From positions 30,962 through 94,961 of the IMG/VR virus record IMGVR_UViG_3300049139_000178: a stretch of 64,000 nucleotides of DNA; one strand, written 5' to 3'. Made by a program: the position numbers and the translations under genes. How positions within the stretch are numbered: position 1 is the first letter of the stretch; each line of letters begins with the position of its first letter. The stretch comes from a virus. Shown piece after piece: positions 28,653-38,211 of the stretch. The notes under the pieces are model-generated. The model was not told where the DNA came from. It ran no database searches and saw only the letters and a list, made by a program, of their open reading frames with translations.

Positions 28653-29330
28653 ATGGCAGGGACCGTCGCACGCATGGTTTCGTACCTGAGGGCCCGTATT
28701 GACCTGGGAACACTGAAGCCGGGCGACCGACTGCCGCCGACGGCGGCCCTGATGAAGCAATTCATGATCAGCGACAACGCGGTGTACCGGGGGATCGCGC
28801 TCTTGAAGGCTGAGGGCTACGTCACCTCCCAGCAGGGCAAGGGAGTGTTCGTTGCCGACCGGCGTCGGCTCATCGTCGGTGAGAAGCGTATCCAGGGCAT
28901 TACGCAGGCCGGTGAGACGATCAACCACAAGCGGAGCGTCCGCGTGCAGGCGCCTGACTGGGTCGCCGAGTTCCTCGGGGAGGGCGAGTGCGTGAACCGC
29001 GTCCGTACGGTGATCCGTGGGGGCGCGGTCGTGCAGGCGTCGCAGTCGTGGGTGCACCTCGCGGTTGCCGACGTCGTCCCCGAGATCGACGAGCCCCGGG
29101 CCTGTGACCCCACGTGGCAGGCCGTCTATCAGGACCGTTCGGGCAACCCGGTGAAGGTAGCGTCCAAAACGGGCATCGTCCGCACCACGACGGACGAGGA
29201 GCGCGAGGAGTTCGGCCTGGACGCCGACCGGGAGGTGCTGGTCGTCCGCAGCGTCTACGTCACCGGCAACACGGTGATCGGCGTCGGCGAGGCCGCGTAT
29301 GCGCCGGATAACCCTCTGATCATGTCCTGA
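28653..29330 (+). CDS. GntR-family regulator with UTRA-like C-terminal domain
   Basis: LKPGDRLPPTAALMKQFMIS...L..EGYV.SQQGKGVFV winged HTH. Confidence 0.88.
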   Translation: MAGTVARMVSYLRARIDLGTLKPGDRLPPTAALMKQFMISDNAVYRGIALLKAEGYVTSQQGKGVFVADRRRLIVGEKRIQGITQAGETINHKRSVRVQAPDWVAEFLGEGECVNRVRTVIRGGAVVQASQSWVHLAVADVVPEIDEPRACDPTWQAVYQDRSGNPVKVASKTGIVRTTTDEEREEFGLDADREVLVVRSVYVTGNTVIGVGEAAYAPDNPLIMS

Positions 29331-29379
29331 TCAAGCGAGCAGCGCACCGAAAACCCGACCAAGGAATGAGGAAACGATC

Positions 29380-29616
29380 ATGGCCGTGAACAAGCTGACT
29401 CCGGGAATGATCGACGTGGACGTCCCCGGCTGGGAACTGGAAGGCGAAGTCCGCGACTGCCACGAGACGTTCAGCGAGACGCCCGCGCGGGACGTGGAGA
29501 AGGCCAAGCGCTGGGCCAACCAGCGCATCGGCCGCCGCCTCGTCTGGCGCAAGGTAGTGGAGCGGGGGTTCGAGCACTACGAGGCCAACGCCGTCGACGA
29601 CCCCTACGACCGTTGA
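29380..29616 (+). CDS. hypothetical protein
   Basis: GACCAAGGAATGAGGAA leader; hairpin at about 29631-29667. Confidence 0.65.
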   Translation: MAVNKLTPGMIDVDVPGWELEGEVRDCHETFSETPARDVEKAKRWANQRIGRRLVWRKVVERGFEHYEANAVDDPYDR

Positions 29617-29677
29617 CCCTTCCTCAGCCGTGAACCCCGGAGCCCCTCACGCTCCGGGGTTTCTTCGTACCTGAGGG

Positions 29678-29712
29678 TTGCGTGCATCCCACAACTATGG
29701 TTTAATTAATCC
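29678..29712 (+). promoter_or_regulatory. conserved promoter/operator copy driving the RiPP operon
   Basis: TTGCGT-12 nt-TATGGTTTAATTAATCC. Confidence 0.7.
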
Positions 29713-29824
29713 ATGATCGACGACCCTTGGGAGCTGGTCTCCCCGGGCGCGGATCAGGAGTACGGAACCAGGAACATAGGAACGGGCCGTCAGAGCGCGG
29801 CCCCCACATCCGAAGGATGGCATC

Positions 29825-30097
29825 GTGACCGCCACGAGCACCCCCTTTGCACTCCTCGCTGAGGTCCCGGCCCCGCCCGCCGACCGAACCCCGGAGTTCA
29901 CGTTCGACCCCTTCCGCCAGCTCAACGTGACGACGGCTGGGGACGCCGTGATCGACGTCGCCGACGTCCAGTCCATGACGATGACCCACAACAGCAAGGG
30001 ATTCAAGAAGGACGACGACTTCGCCCACGCCCCGCACGCCCTGCTCGGGCCGACCATGACCCACAACTCCTCCGGGCACAAGAAGGACGACGACTGA
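29825..30097 (+). CDS. graspetide (ATP-grasp RiPP) precursor with two core repeats
   Basis: Leader PFAL...FDPFRQLNV...G; cores TMTHNSKGFKKDDD and TMTHNSSGHKKDDD; stop overlaps the ATP-grasp start. Confidence 0.85.
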   Translation: MTATSTPFALLAEVPAPPADRTPEFTFDPFRQLNVTTAGDAVIDVADVQSMTMTHNSKGFKKDDDFAHAPHALLGPTMTHNSSGHKKDDD

Positions 30098-31104
30098 TGC
30101 CGCTCCCACCCACCGTGCTTGTCGTCACCGCGCCTGACGACCTCAGCGCCGATCTCGTGATACGGCAGATCCAGGAACGCGGCGTCACCATCCACCGCCT
30201 GAACCCTGCTGACCTCGCGCGTCCGGGGGCCCTGAGGATGACCGGCGTCTCAGACGGAGAGCCGTTACGGTTCACCATCGAAGACAACCACCGCTCCACG
30301 CTCTCGCAGTCGGTTGTCTCCGTTTTCTGGTGGCACCCGGGCCTGCCCGGTGGGTGGGAGCAGCAGGAGTCCCGGGCCATCCTGGAGGACTTCCTGTACG
30401 GCCTTGACGGGACGCTGTGGGTGAACCACCCGCTCCGGGCACAGGCTGCCCGGCCCGGCCCACGGCAACTGCACGTCGCTTCGTCTCTCGGCCTCCGGAC
30501 TCCACCCGCACTGTTCACCAACGACCCCGACCAGGCCGCTGCGTTCGCCGCCGAACAAGGCGGCAAGGTGGTGTGCAAGACCCTCACCGCACACCCGGAC
30601 CGGTTCGTCCAGGCCCGGCTGGTGTCCTCCGGGGAGATCCTGGCCAACGCAGATCACGTGCGGCAGAGCGTGTGTTACTTCCAGCGGCCTGTGGACAAGA
30701 CGCACGACATCCGACTGACGGTGATCGGCGACCGGATGTTCCCGTGCAAGGTCACCGCCGGCGGTGCGTTCGACTGGAGGGCGGCACCGGAGGACGACCT
30801 GGGTTTTGAGGCTGTGGGCGCCAGCCTGCCGCTGACGCAGAAAGTCCGGAAACTCATGCAGACGCTGGGGCTGGAGTACGCCGCCCTGGACTTCGCCGTC
30901 GACCAGGGCGGCACGTGGTGGTTCCTGGAAGCGAACCCGGCGGGCCAGTTCGGTTTCGTGGAGACGTCTACAGGGATGGTCATTTCGCGGGCCATCGCCG
31001 ACCACCTCGTTCAAACGGCCCTGGCCACCCACGTCTACACTCCCGGAGGCGGCCACCGAGCATATTCGGGGACGCCTTGGCAACGGGGGTCCGCCGGCGT
31101 GTAG
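30097..31104 (+). CDS. ATP-grasp peptide maturase (RimK/MvdD-like graspetide synthetase)
   Basis: DLSADLVI, WVNHP, GLRTP...TNDP, VCKTL, FQRPVDK..DIRLTVIG, DWR, AALDF, FLEANPAGQFGF; TTA codon at 30265. Confidence 0.9.
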   Translation: MPLPPTVLVVTAPDDLSADLVIRQIQERGVTIHRLNPADLARPGALRMTGVSDGEPLRFTIEDNHRSTLSQSVVSVFWWHPGLPGGWEQQESRAILEDFLYGLDGTLWVNHPLRAQAARPGPRQLHVASSLGLRTPPALFTNDPDQAAAFAAEQGGKVVCKTLTAHPDRFVQARLVSSGEILANADHVRQSVCYFQRPVDKTHDIRLTVIGDRMFPCKVTAGGAFDWRAAPEDDLGFEAVGASLPLTQKVRKLMQTLGLEYAALDFAVDQGGTWWFLEANPAGQFGFVETSTGMVISRAIADHLVQTALATHVYTPGGGHRAYSGTPWQRGSAGV

Positions 31105-31128
31105 AGCATCGGACCGGAACACCCCACA

Positions 31129-31162
31129 GGCCCCGGAGCATCCCCGCTCCGGGGCCTTCGTG
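31129..31162 (+). terminator. hairpin terminator closing the RiPP operon
   Basis: GGCCCCGGAGC...GCTCCGGGGCCTTCG. Confidence 0.65.
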
Positions 31163-31366
31163 CGTGAGTAGGCGAAAACGACCTTCCGACGTACAGTGCC
31201 CACGTTTCCCCGACTTCCTCGGGTCAGGGTGCACAGGGGTGCGTGAGCCCCGCCGGTGTGGTGGTCGGCGGGGCTCACGCGCGGGCAGGACCCCGTTTGC
31301 CGTGAAAACGGCTATTCGGATGATCGCGGCTACCATGCCCTCCGATCCGAACCGGGGAGGTATGCC

Positions 31367-33220
31367 GTGCCGTGGTACGACGCATTCCGGGGGCGCGTGG
31401 CTCGGGAGCCCGCTCCGCTGCCTCAGCTGCCTGAAGGGCTGACGGCCGCCGCTGCTCCGCCGCCCGGACCGGAGACCAAGTTCTTGCGCCGCACCGAGGC
31501 CTGGCAGGAAGAGGTCTGGCGCTTCCACGACACGCTCGGCGAGTTCAATTACGGCGTCGGGTGGTTGGCCAACATGCTTTCCCGGGTGCGCCTGCGGGCG
31601 GGCCGCCTGAAGCCGGGCTCCGATGAACCGGACATCGTCACCTCCGGCACAGCCGCCGACCTCATGATGCTGTTCGGCGGGGGAGTCGCCGGCCAGTCGC
31701 AGCTCATGCGACGCCTCACGGTTCAGCTCGCGCTGCCCGGCGAGGGCTATCTGGTCGGCGAGCAGGACGGCAAAGTCGAGCGCTGGCAGGTCCGGTCCGT
31801 GGACGAAATCCGCGTGCAGTCCGGCAAGTACCAGGTGATGGACGAGGAGTCGGCCACCACCGGCCAGGACTGGCGTGACCTCGCCGAGGACCACCACGTC
31901 GTCCGCGTCTGGCGACCGCATGACCGCTACTTCCACATGGCAGACTCCCCGGCGCGCAGTGCTCGCGAGATCATGCGTGAGCTGGAGCTGGTCAACCGGA
32001 AGATCGCAGCCGAGTACTTGTCCCGGCTGGCCTCTGCCGGCCTCCTTCTGCTCCCTGACGAGCTTTCGTTCCCGGTTCGCGAGGAGTTCGCCAACGACCC
32101 GGACAACGCCAACCCGCTGATGTCCGAGTGGATCGAGATCGCCGCGACGGCGATTCAGAACCCCGGCACCGCCTCGGCCGTGGTGCCCATCCCGCTGGTC
32201 GGCCCGGCCGAGGCCATCGAGAAAGTGAAACACGTCGACTTCACGTTGAAGATTGACGAGAAGATCATCGAGAAGCGGGACAGCGCGATCAAGCGACTGG
32301 CAACCAAGTTGGACATGCCGGCCGACGTGCTGCTGGGCATGGGCGACGTCAACCACTGGGGGCAGTGGCAGATCGAGGAATCCGGGCTCAAGACGCACAT
32401 CGCCCCCGTCGCGGAACTGATCTGCGACGCCCTCACGCGCGGCTACCTCCAGCCCCGGCTGGAAGCGTCCGGAGAGGACCCGGCCGCGTGGGTCGTCTGG
32501 TACGACATGAGCGAGCTGGCTCTGAGCCCGGACCGCAGCGGGAACGCCACCCTGGCCTACGACCGGCTGGAGCTGTCCGGCGAGGCGTACCGCCGGGAGC
32601 TGGGGTTCGACGAGGACGACGCACCGGACGACGAAGAGCTGCGGGTACAGTCCCTCAAGTCCATCATCCGCACCCTGCCGTCCGGCGCCGCGTCGGCCCT
32701 GGCGCAGCTGCTCGGCGAGGACGTCCCGCAGATCGTCCCGGTCTCCCCGCAGGATCCCGGCACAGCCGAAGCCGTGCAGCAGGGCGACACGCCTCCGCCG
32801 GCGAACCAGCAGCCGACCGAGGAGGGCGCGGGCCGCGCGGCGCCGCCGAGCGATGAACCCTCGCCTACACAGGGCCGGACCGGGCCACCCTCGCGAGACC
32901 AGCAGGCTACGGCTGAGCGAGCGCAACGGCTCGTACAGCAGGCCCGGACGCAGCACATGCTCCGCGTCGGCGCGACGAACCGGTGGGACCTGCTGCACCC
33001 CGGCATCTGCGGAGAGCACGAGTACTCGTGCCCGTTCACACACGCAGTCGTCGCGGCAGCTCCCTCCGTACGGCCCGGCAGCAGCGGGACGTACCTCTGC
33101 CACCTGGACGCTTTCGGCCGCCTGGTCCTGGACGGTCGTAGCCCGTACGCGGACACCACGGCCATGATCTCCACCTCGCTCGTTCCAAGGGCGGTGAACG
33201 GCCATGCCCCCGCGCACTGA
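31367..33220 (+). CDS. portal protein
   Basis: WQEEVW.F....GEF.Y, LALPGEGYL, RVWRPH...ADSP, SRLASAGLL, NHWGQW; first gene of the head module; GGAGG RBS. Confidence 0.82.
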   Translation: MPWYDAFRGRVAREPAPLPQLPEGLTAAAAPPPGPETKFLRRTEAWQEEVWRFHDTLGEFNYGVGWLANMLSRVRLRAGRLKPGSDEPDIVTSGTAADLMMLFGGGVAGQSQLMRRLTVQLALPGEGYLVGEQDGKVERWQVRSVDEIRVQSGKYQVMDEESATTGQDWRDLAEDHHVVRVWRPHDRYFHMADSPARSAREIMRELELVNRKIAAEYLSRLASAGLLLLPDELSFPVREEFANDPDNANPLMSEWIEIAATAIQNPGTASAVVPIPLVGPAEAIEKVKHVDFTLKIDEKIIEKRDSAIKRLATKLDMPADVLLGMGDVNHWGQWQIEESGLKTHIAPVAELICDALTRGYLQPRLEASGEDPAAWVVWYDMSELALSPDRSGNATLAYDRLELSGEAYRRELGFDEDDAPDDEELRVQSLKSIIRTLPSGAASALAQLLGEDVPQIVPVSPQDPGTAEAVQQGDTPPPANQQPTEEGAGRAAPPSDEPSPTQGRTGPPSRDQQATAERAQRLVQQARTQHMLRVGATNRWDLLHPGICGEHEYSCPFTHAVVAAAPSVRPGSSGTYLCHLDAFGRLVLDGRSPYADTTAMISTSLVPRAVNGHAPAH

Positions 33221-36218
33221 CCACCAGCACCCGCCGGTCGTGACGGCCGCCGCCGACGGCTCGCACACGCAGGGCTGCATGATCGCCCTCATGCCGACGG
33301 CCGAGGACGCCGAACGCCTCGCGATACCCGGCGGCGAGCCGGCCGAGGAGCTGCACTGCACGCTGTACTACCTGGGCAAGACGGACGCGCACCCGGCCGA
33401 TGCGCGCACGGCCCTGGTCGACGAACTGACCGCGCTCGCACAGGACATGCCGCTGGTCACGGCCAAAGTATTCGGGGCCGCGCACTGGAACGGGGACAGC
33501 GACGAGCCGTCTTGGGTGTGGTCCGTGGGTGACGGTCCGGACGAGGCCGCCGTGACCGAGTATGGGACGGGCCTGGAGGCGTACCGCAGCCTGGCGGCTC
33601 ACGCACTGCTGCGGTCCGGGACGTCCACGCTGATTCCCAAGCCGCACAGCCCCTGGGTCGCCCATATATGCGCCGCGTACAGCGACGACCCCGCGTTCCT
33701 CCCCGAGCTGGAGCAGCGGCTGGGCGAGGTGATGTTCGACCGGATCCGGGTCAGCTTCGGGGACGAGGACCACGACATCCCGCTCACCGGCGACGCGGTG
33801 ACGGCCGCCGCCGGGCCGCTGCGCCGGGAGCCGACCGAGCTGGAGCTGGCCTCGCGCGTCGACTTCGCCTCCGTGCATCAGGAGTGGGAAGCCGCGACGA
33901 ACCGGGCGATGCAGTCGCTGAGGTCGGTCACGGCCGCCTGGCGCCTGGACCTGCGGCAGCAGATCACCCGCGACCTTGCCGACGACAGGCTGGACTCCAT
34001 CCCCGAGCTGACCCTGGACAGCCGGGCCGCCACGGCCACACTGCTCACCCTCATGGAGGAGTACGCGGTCAAAGCGGGCCGGGCGTGCCAGCGCGAGGCA
34101 GAGCAGCAGGGCGTCGCCGTGCCGGACTGGTCCCTGCCCGAGGGCGACGAGGACGCGGTCACCGCTGCGCTCACCGGCCGGCGCCTGCTGGCCTCTGTTG
34201 CAGAGCTGGCCAGTGACCTGATGTCCGGTGCGCTGCTCACGGCCGCGAAGCGCAAGCTTTCCGGGCTGCTGCGCTCCAGCCGACCGACGGACCAGATCGC
34301 GGCCGAAGTAGACCGGGAACTGGCCACGGTCGACGACACCTCGGTACGGGCCTCCATCGGCCAGGCAATGACGGCTGCTCAGAATGCCGGGCGGAACGCT
34401 GTGATGGAAGCGGCTCCACCCGCGTCCAGCTACGTGGCCAGCGAGATTCTCGACCGCCGCACCTGCGAGCCGTGCAAGGCCATCGACGGCCGCACCTTCA
34501 CCACTCTGGACGCCGCCGTGGCGGAGTACCCGGTCATGGGCTACCGCGATTGCACCGGCGCCCGGTACGGCAACGCCTGCCGGGGCTTCCTCATCGCCGT
34601 CTGGCAGGACGTACGCAGCCCGGCGACCACGGCAAGTGCCGACACCCACCCGGCCGCTCAGGACGCGGCGGAAGGAGATCAGTTCATGACGACCGAAGCA
34701 GCGACCGAAGCGACTGAAGAACTGGGTAAGGGGGAACCGAACCCCGGCACTCCGAAGGACAAGCGTCTGAAAAAGAACCAGACGGCGGCCGAAGAGAAGC
34801 GGTGCCCGCCCGGCATGGAGCTGGACGAGGAGTCCGGCGAGTGCGTGCCGGAGTCCGACGAGGAAGAGGCAGCCGGGGGCACGCGGACGCTGCGCGGTGA
34901 GCACGGCCCGGAGACCCTGGCCCACGGTGCGGCGGCCGACGCCGAGAAGGTGGCAGGCCCGCCGGTCAGCGAGATGGGCGGCGGGGAGACCGCGCCGTGG
35001 CGCGGGCCGCTCACGGTGGAGGGCATCGAGACCGGTGACGGCCGGGAGTTCAAGCCCGAGGCGTTGACGTGGGCGGACTTGCCGCTGCCGTTGCGCTGGA
35101 ACAAGGAGGACTCGCACGGCGGAGAGCCGCACACCGTCGCGGTCAACGTCGGCCGCATCGACAAGGTGTGGCGGGAGGACGGAGGCCTGGTCATGGGCGA
35201 GGGCGTGCTGGACCTGTCCACCGAGGACGGCCGCACCGTCCACGGCAAGATCAAAGGCCAGTTCCTGCGCGGCGTGTCGGTGGACGTCGACTCGATCAAG
35301 GACGCCGACATGGAACTGGTGTGGCCGTCCGACCCGGAAGAGGACGGCGAGGGCTCCCCGTTCGACATGCTGTTCGCGTCGCCGGAGAAGGTGGTGTTTC
35401 ACCGGGGCCGTATCCGGGCCGCGACGCTCGTGGACATTCCGGCGTTCGCCGAGGCGTACATCGCCCTGCTGGACGAGGACGGCGCGGTCGTCGCTGGCGG
35501 GGAGCCGATCGGCGCGGTGCGCGAGACGCGGGTCCGTACGGCCTACGCGCGTACGGTGGAGGCGCCGGTGCGCCCGCCGGCCGGCTGGTTCGCCGACCCG
35601 AAGCTGTCTGTGCCGACGGGGATCACGGTCACGCCGGAGGGCCGCGTGTACGGGCACGCCGCGCTGTGGGGCACGTGCCACATCGGTCAGGAGGGTGTGT
35701 GCGTCACCCCGCCGCACGAGGAGTCCCACCCGTACTACATGACCGGCAACGTCTGGACCGAGGACGGCGCGTCCGTCTCCGTCGGTCAGATCACCGTCGG
35801 CACCGGGCACGCGCCACTGTCCTACGGCTACCGCGCGGCGGCCGACCACTACGACAACACCGGCGCGGCCGTGGCAGACGTCGCAGTGGGCAACGACGCG
35901 CACGGCATCTGGGTCGCCGGGTCCATCCGTCCCGGCACCTCTGAGTCGCGCATCCACGAACTGCGCGCGGCCGGCCAGGTCTCCGGCGACTGGCGCCGCA
36001 TCGGCGGGAGCCTGCGCCTGGTCGGCCTGCTCGCGGTGAACGTCCCCGGCTTCCCCGTCCCCAAGCTGAAGACGCACCTCACGTCCGGCCAGCAGCTCGC
36101 CCTCGTCGCGGCGGGTATCCCGCAGCTCTCCGAGGGCCTCACCGAGGACGAGCTGGACCAGTGGGCCTACCGGCGCGTCCTCACAGCCCTGTCCCGCAAA
36201 GTCCACGGAGAGGAGTGA
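33204..36218 (+). CDS. 2H phosphoesterase - MuF minor head - capsid maturation protease fusion
   Basis: LHCTL.YLG and WVAHIC (2H motifs); SEILDRRTCEPC..IDG...CRG (MuF); EGIETGDGR...VGRID...SVD (protease-like); position between portal and capsid. Confidence 0.75.
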   Translation: MPPRTDHQHPPVVTAAADGSHTQGCMIALMPTAEDAERLAIPGGEPAEELHCTLYYLGKTDAHPADARTALVDELTALAQDMPLVTAKVFGAAHWNGDSDEPSWVWSVGDGPDEAAVTEYGTGLEAYRSLAAHALLRSGTSTLIPKPHSPWVAHICAAYSDDPAFLPELEQRLGEVMFDRIRVSFGDEDHDIPLTGDAVTAAAGPLRREPTELELASRVDFASVHQEWEAATNRAMQSLRSVTAAWRLDLRQQITRDLADDRLDSIPELTLDSRAATATLLTLMEEYAVKAGRACQREAEQQGVAVPDWSLPEGDEDAVTAALTGRRLLASVAELASDLMSGALLTAAKRKLSGLLRSSRPTDQIAAEVDRELATVDDTSVRASIGQAMTAAQNAGRNAVMEAAPPASSYVASEILDRRTCEPCKAIDGRTFTTLDAAVAEYPVMGYRDCTGARYGNACRGFLIAVWQDVRSPATTASADTHPAAQDAAEGDQFMTTEAATEATEELGKGEPNPGTPKDKRLKKNQTAAEEKRCPPGMELDEESGECVPESDEEEAAGGTRTLRGEHGPETLAHGAAADAEKVAGPPVSEMGGGETAPWRGPLTVEGIETGDGREFKPEALTWADLPLPLRWNKEDSHGGEPHTVAVNVGRIDKVWREDGGLVMGEGVLDLSTEDGRTVHGKIKGQFLRGVSVDVDSIKDADMELVWPSDPEEDGEGSPFDMLFASPEKVVFHRGRIRAATLVDIPAFAEAYIALLDEDGAVVAGGEPIGAVRETRVRTAYARTVEAPVRPPAGWFADPKLSVPTGITVTPEGRVYGHAALWGTCHIGQEGVCVTPPHEESHPYYMTGNVWTEDGASVSVGQITVGTGHAPLSYGYRAAADHYDNTGAAVADVAVGNDAHGIWVAGSIRPGTSESRIHELRAAGQVSGDWRRIGGSLRLVGLLAVNVPGFPVPKLKTHLTSGQQLALVAAGIPQLSEGLTEDELDQWAYRRVLTALSRKVHGEE

Positions 36219-36223
36219 TCGAC

Positions 36224-36277
36224 ATGTGTGGCTGCAACCGTCCGGCTCCGCCCCCGCCGCCCCCGATCGGCGGCTGA
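36224..36277 (+). CDS. 17-aa MCGC micro-protein
   Basis: GAGGAG RBS; MCGCNRPAPPPPPPIGG. Confidence 0.45.
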   Translation: MCGCNRPAPPPPPPIGG

Positions 36278-36386
36278 GCAGCGACAACGGCCGAATCGTC
36301 AGGGTCCTTGTGACTTTTGGCGATTCGGCCGTTCGTGTGTACCTTGCGCGCCGACTTGATCTCGGCCGCTTCCCACGGAGGTTTCA

Positions 36387-38177
36387 GTGCCGGAACCGGA
36401 GCTTTTCACCGCACCTGACGACCTCACCCTTGTGGGCGAGGCCGAGCTGCGCGAGCTGGAGTCCAACGCGGTCGCGGAGTTCGACCGCGTCTCAGGACTT
36501 CAGCACATCACCCCCGAACACATCAGCTACAGCGAGTGCCTGACACGCGACCTGGACCGTATTCGCGCTGAGCTGCGCGTGCGTGCCGTCCGCGCGGAAG
36601 AGACGGCTGCCACCGCGCAACAGGAAGCCACCCGGCGTATGGCGCTGCTGCGGCAGTCCGTACACGTCGGTGAGGGCGGCGAAGGCGGTGACGGGGGCGA
36701 GGGCGCCGCGCCCGTCACCGCCGGCAGCCGTGTCGACCTCGCTGCGCTGACCGAGGCCACCGCCCGGGGTGTGGCCAGCATCCTCTTCGGCGACCAGGCC
36801 CCGGACGATGTCCGCAAGCGCGTGGCCTCCCTGTCCCAGGTCCGTGAGCGGGCCCCGCGCGCCAAGGCTCCGGACGCGCAGACCATGGCCGTCACCGCGT
36901 CGGTGGACATCCCCGGTGTGGCGGCCGGGCAGTCCATGCCGACGCTGGAGGCTCTGAGCGAGGCCTTCCGCGCTAAGGCCAAGGCCGTGCCGACCACGCA
37001 GTACGGCGACCGGGGCGCTCCGCGCCACCTTGTGGCCTCGGTGCGCAACCAGTTCGACCACACCGTGGACGACCGCACTTCGGCCTCCACGGTGGAAGAG
37101 CTGTGGCACTCGATGACACAGCAGCGCGGCCAGGCCGACGCCCTGCTGGCTGGCGGTGGCTGGTGCGCCCCGTCCGAGGTGAGCTACGACTTCTTCAACA
37201 TCGCCGACACCCCGGTGGGTCTCATCGACCTGCCGACCGTCGGTGTCTCCCGGGGCGGCATCCGCTACCCGGTCAGCCCCAGCATCGGTGACGTGTTCTT
37301 CCAGAACGCGGGCAGCAACCCGGCGAGCGGCTTCGGCGGCTTCGCCTTCCCGTTCAGCAACGCCTCGGACCCGTGGCTGTGGACCGAGGCCGACGACATC
37401 GCCACGGTCACCGGCTCGGTGAACAAGCCCACCCTGCGGGTTCCGTGCCCGACGTTCGACGAGACGCGGCTGGAGGCGTACGGCATCAGCCTCACCGCCG
37501 GCAACCTCACCGACGACGCCTACCCCGAAGCCACGCAGAACTTCATCCGGCTGCTGCGCGCGGCCTACAGCCACGTGATCAACGCCCGGCTGATCTCCCT
37601 CATGGTGGCCCGGTCCACCTCGGCGATCGCCCTTGGCGCGGCGAACAAGCCGGCCGCGCAGACGCTGCTCAACGGCGTGGAGCTGGCGGCGATCGACTAC
37701 CGCGCGAAGTTCGCCATGCGCGAGGACGCGGTGCTGGAGGTCGTCCTGCCGCGTTGGACGCTGGCGGTCATCCGGGCCGACCTGGCCTGGCGGACCAAGG
37801 TCGAGCGCGAATCGGTGTCGGACGCCCAGATCATCGCCTGGTTCACCGACCGCGCGGTGCGCCCGCAGTTCGTCTCCGACTGGCAGGTGCGCGGCTCCGG
37901 CCAGTTCGGCCGCGTGGACACGCACATGACGGCTTGGCCGACAGCGGTGGACTTCATGATGTACGCCGCCGGCACCTTCCTGCACGGCAACGGTCTCCAG
38001 CTTGACCTCGGCGTCATCCGGGACAGCTTGCTGAACGCGGAGAACGACCACAGCGCCCTGTGGGCGGAGGAGGCGCACCTGGTCGCCAGGGTCGGCCACG
38101 AGTCCCGCCTGTACCGGGCGACGCTCGCGGTCAACGGCTCTGGCAGCGCTGACCAGACCCTCGGTCACCAGCTCTGA
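36387..38177 (+). CDS. major capsid (hexamer) protein with N-terminal scaffold-like region
   Basis: GGWCAPSE..YDF, DLPTVGVSRGGI, LDLGVIRDS.LNAEND. Confidence 0.85.
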   Translation: MPEPELFTAPDDLTLVGEAELRELESNAVAEFDRVSGLQHITPEHISYSECLTRDLDRIRAELRVRAVRAEETAATAQQEATRRMALLRQSVHVGEGGEGGDGGEGAAPVTAGSRVDLAALTEATARGVASILFGDQAPDDVRKRVASLSQVRERAPRAKAPDAQTMAVTASVDIPGVAAGQSMPTLEALSEAFRAKAKAVPTTQYGDRGAPRHLVASVRNQFDHTVDDRTSASTVEELWHSMTQQRGQADALLAGGGWCAPSEVSYDFFNIADTPVGLIDLPTVGVSRGGIRYPVSPSIGDVFFQNAGSNPASGFGGFAFPFSNASDPWLWTEADDIATVTGSVNKPTLRVPCPTFDETRLEAYGISLTAGNLTDDAYPEATQNFIRLLRAAYSHVINARLISLMVARSTSAIALGAANKPAAQTLLNGVELAAIDYRAKFAMREDAVLEVVLPRWTLAVIRADLAWRTKVERESVSDAQIIAWFTDRAVRPQFVSDWQVRGSGQFGRVDTHMTAWPTAVDFMMYAAGTFLHGNGLQLDLGVIRDSLLNAENDHSALWAEEAHLVARVGHESRLYRATLAVNGSGSADQTLGHQL

Positions 38178-38211
38178 GTCCTGACCGCAACAGCGATGGA
38201 GGGAGCGTGAC

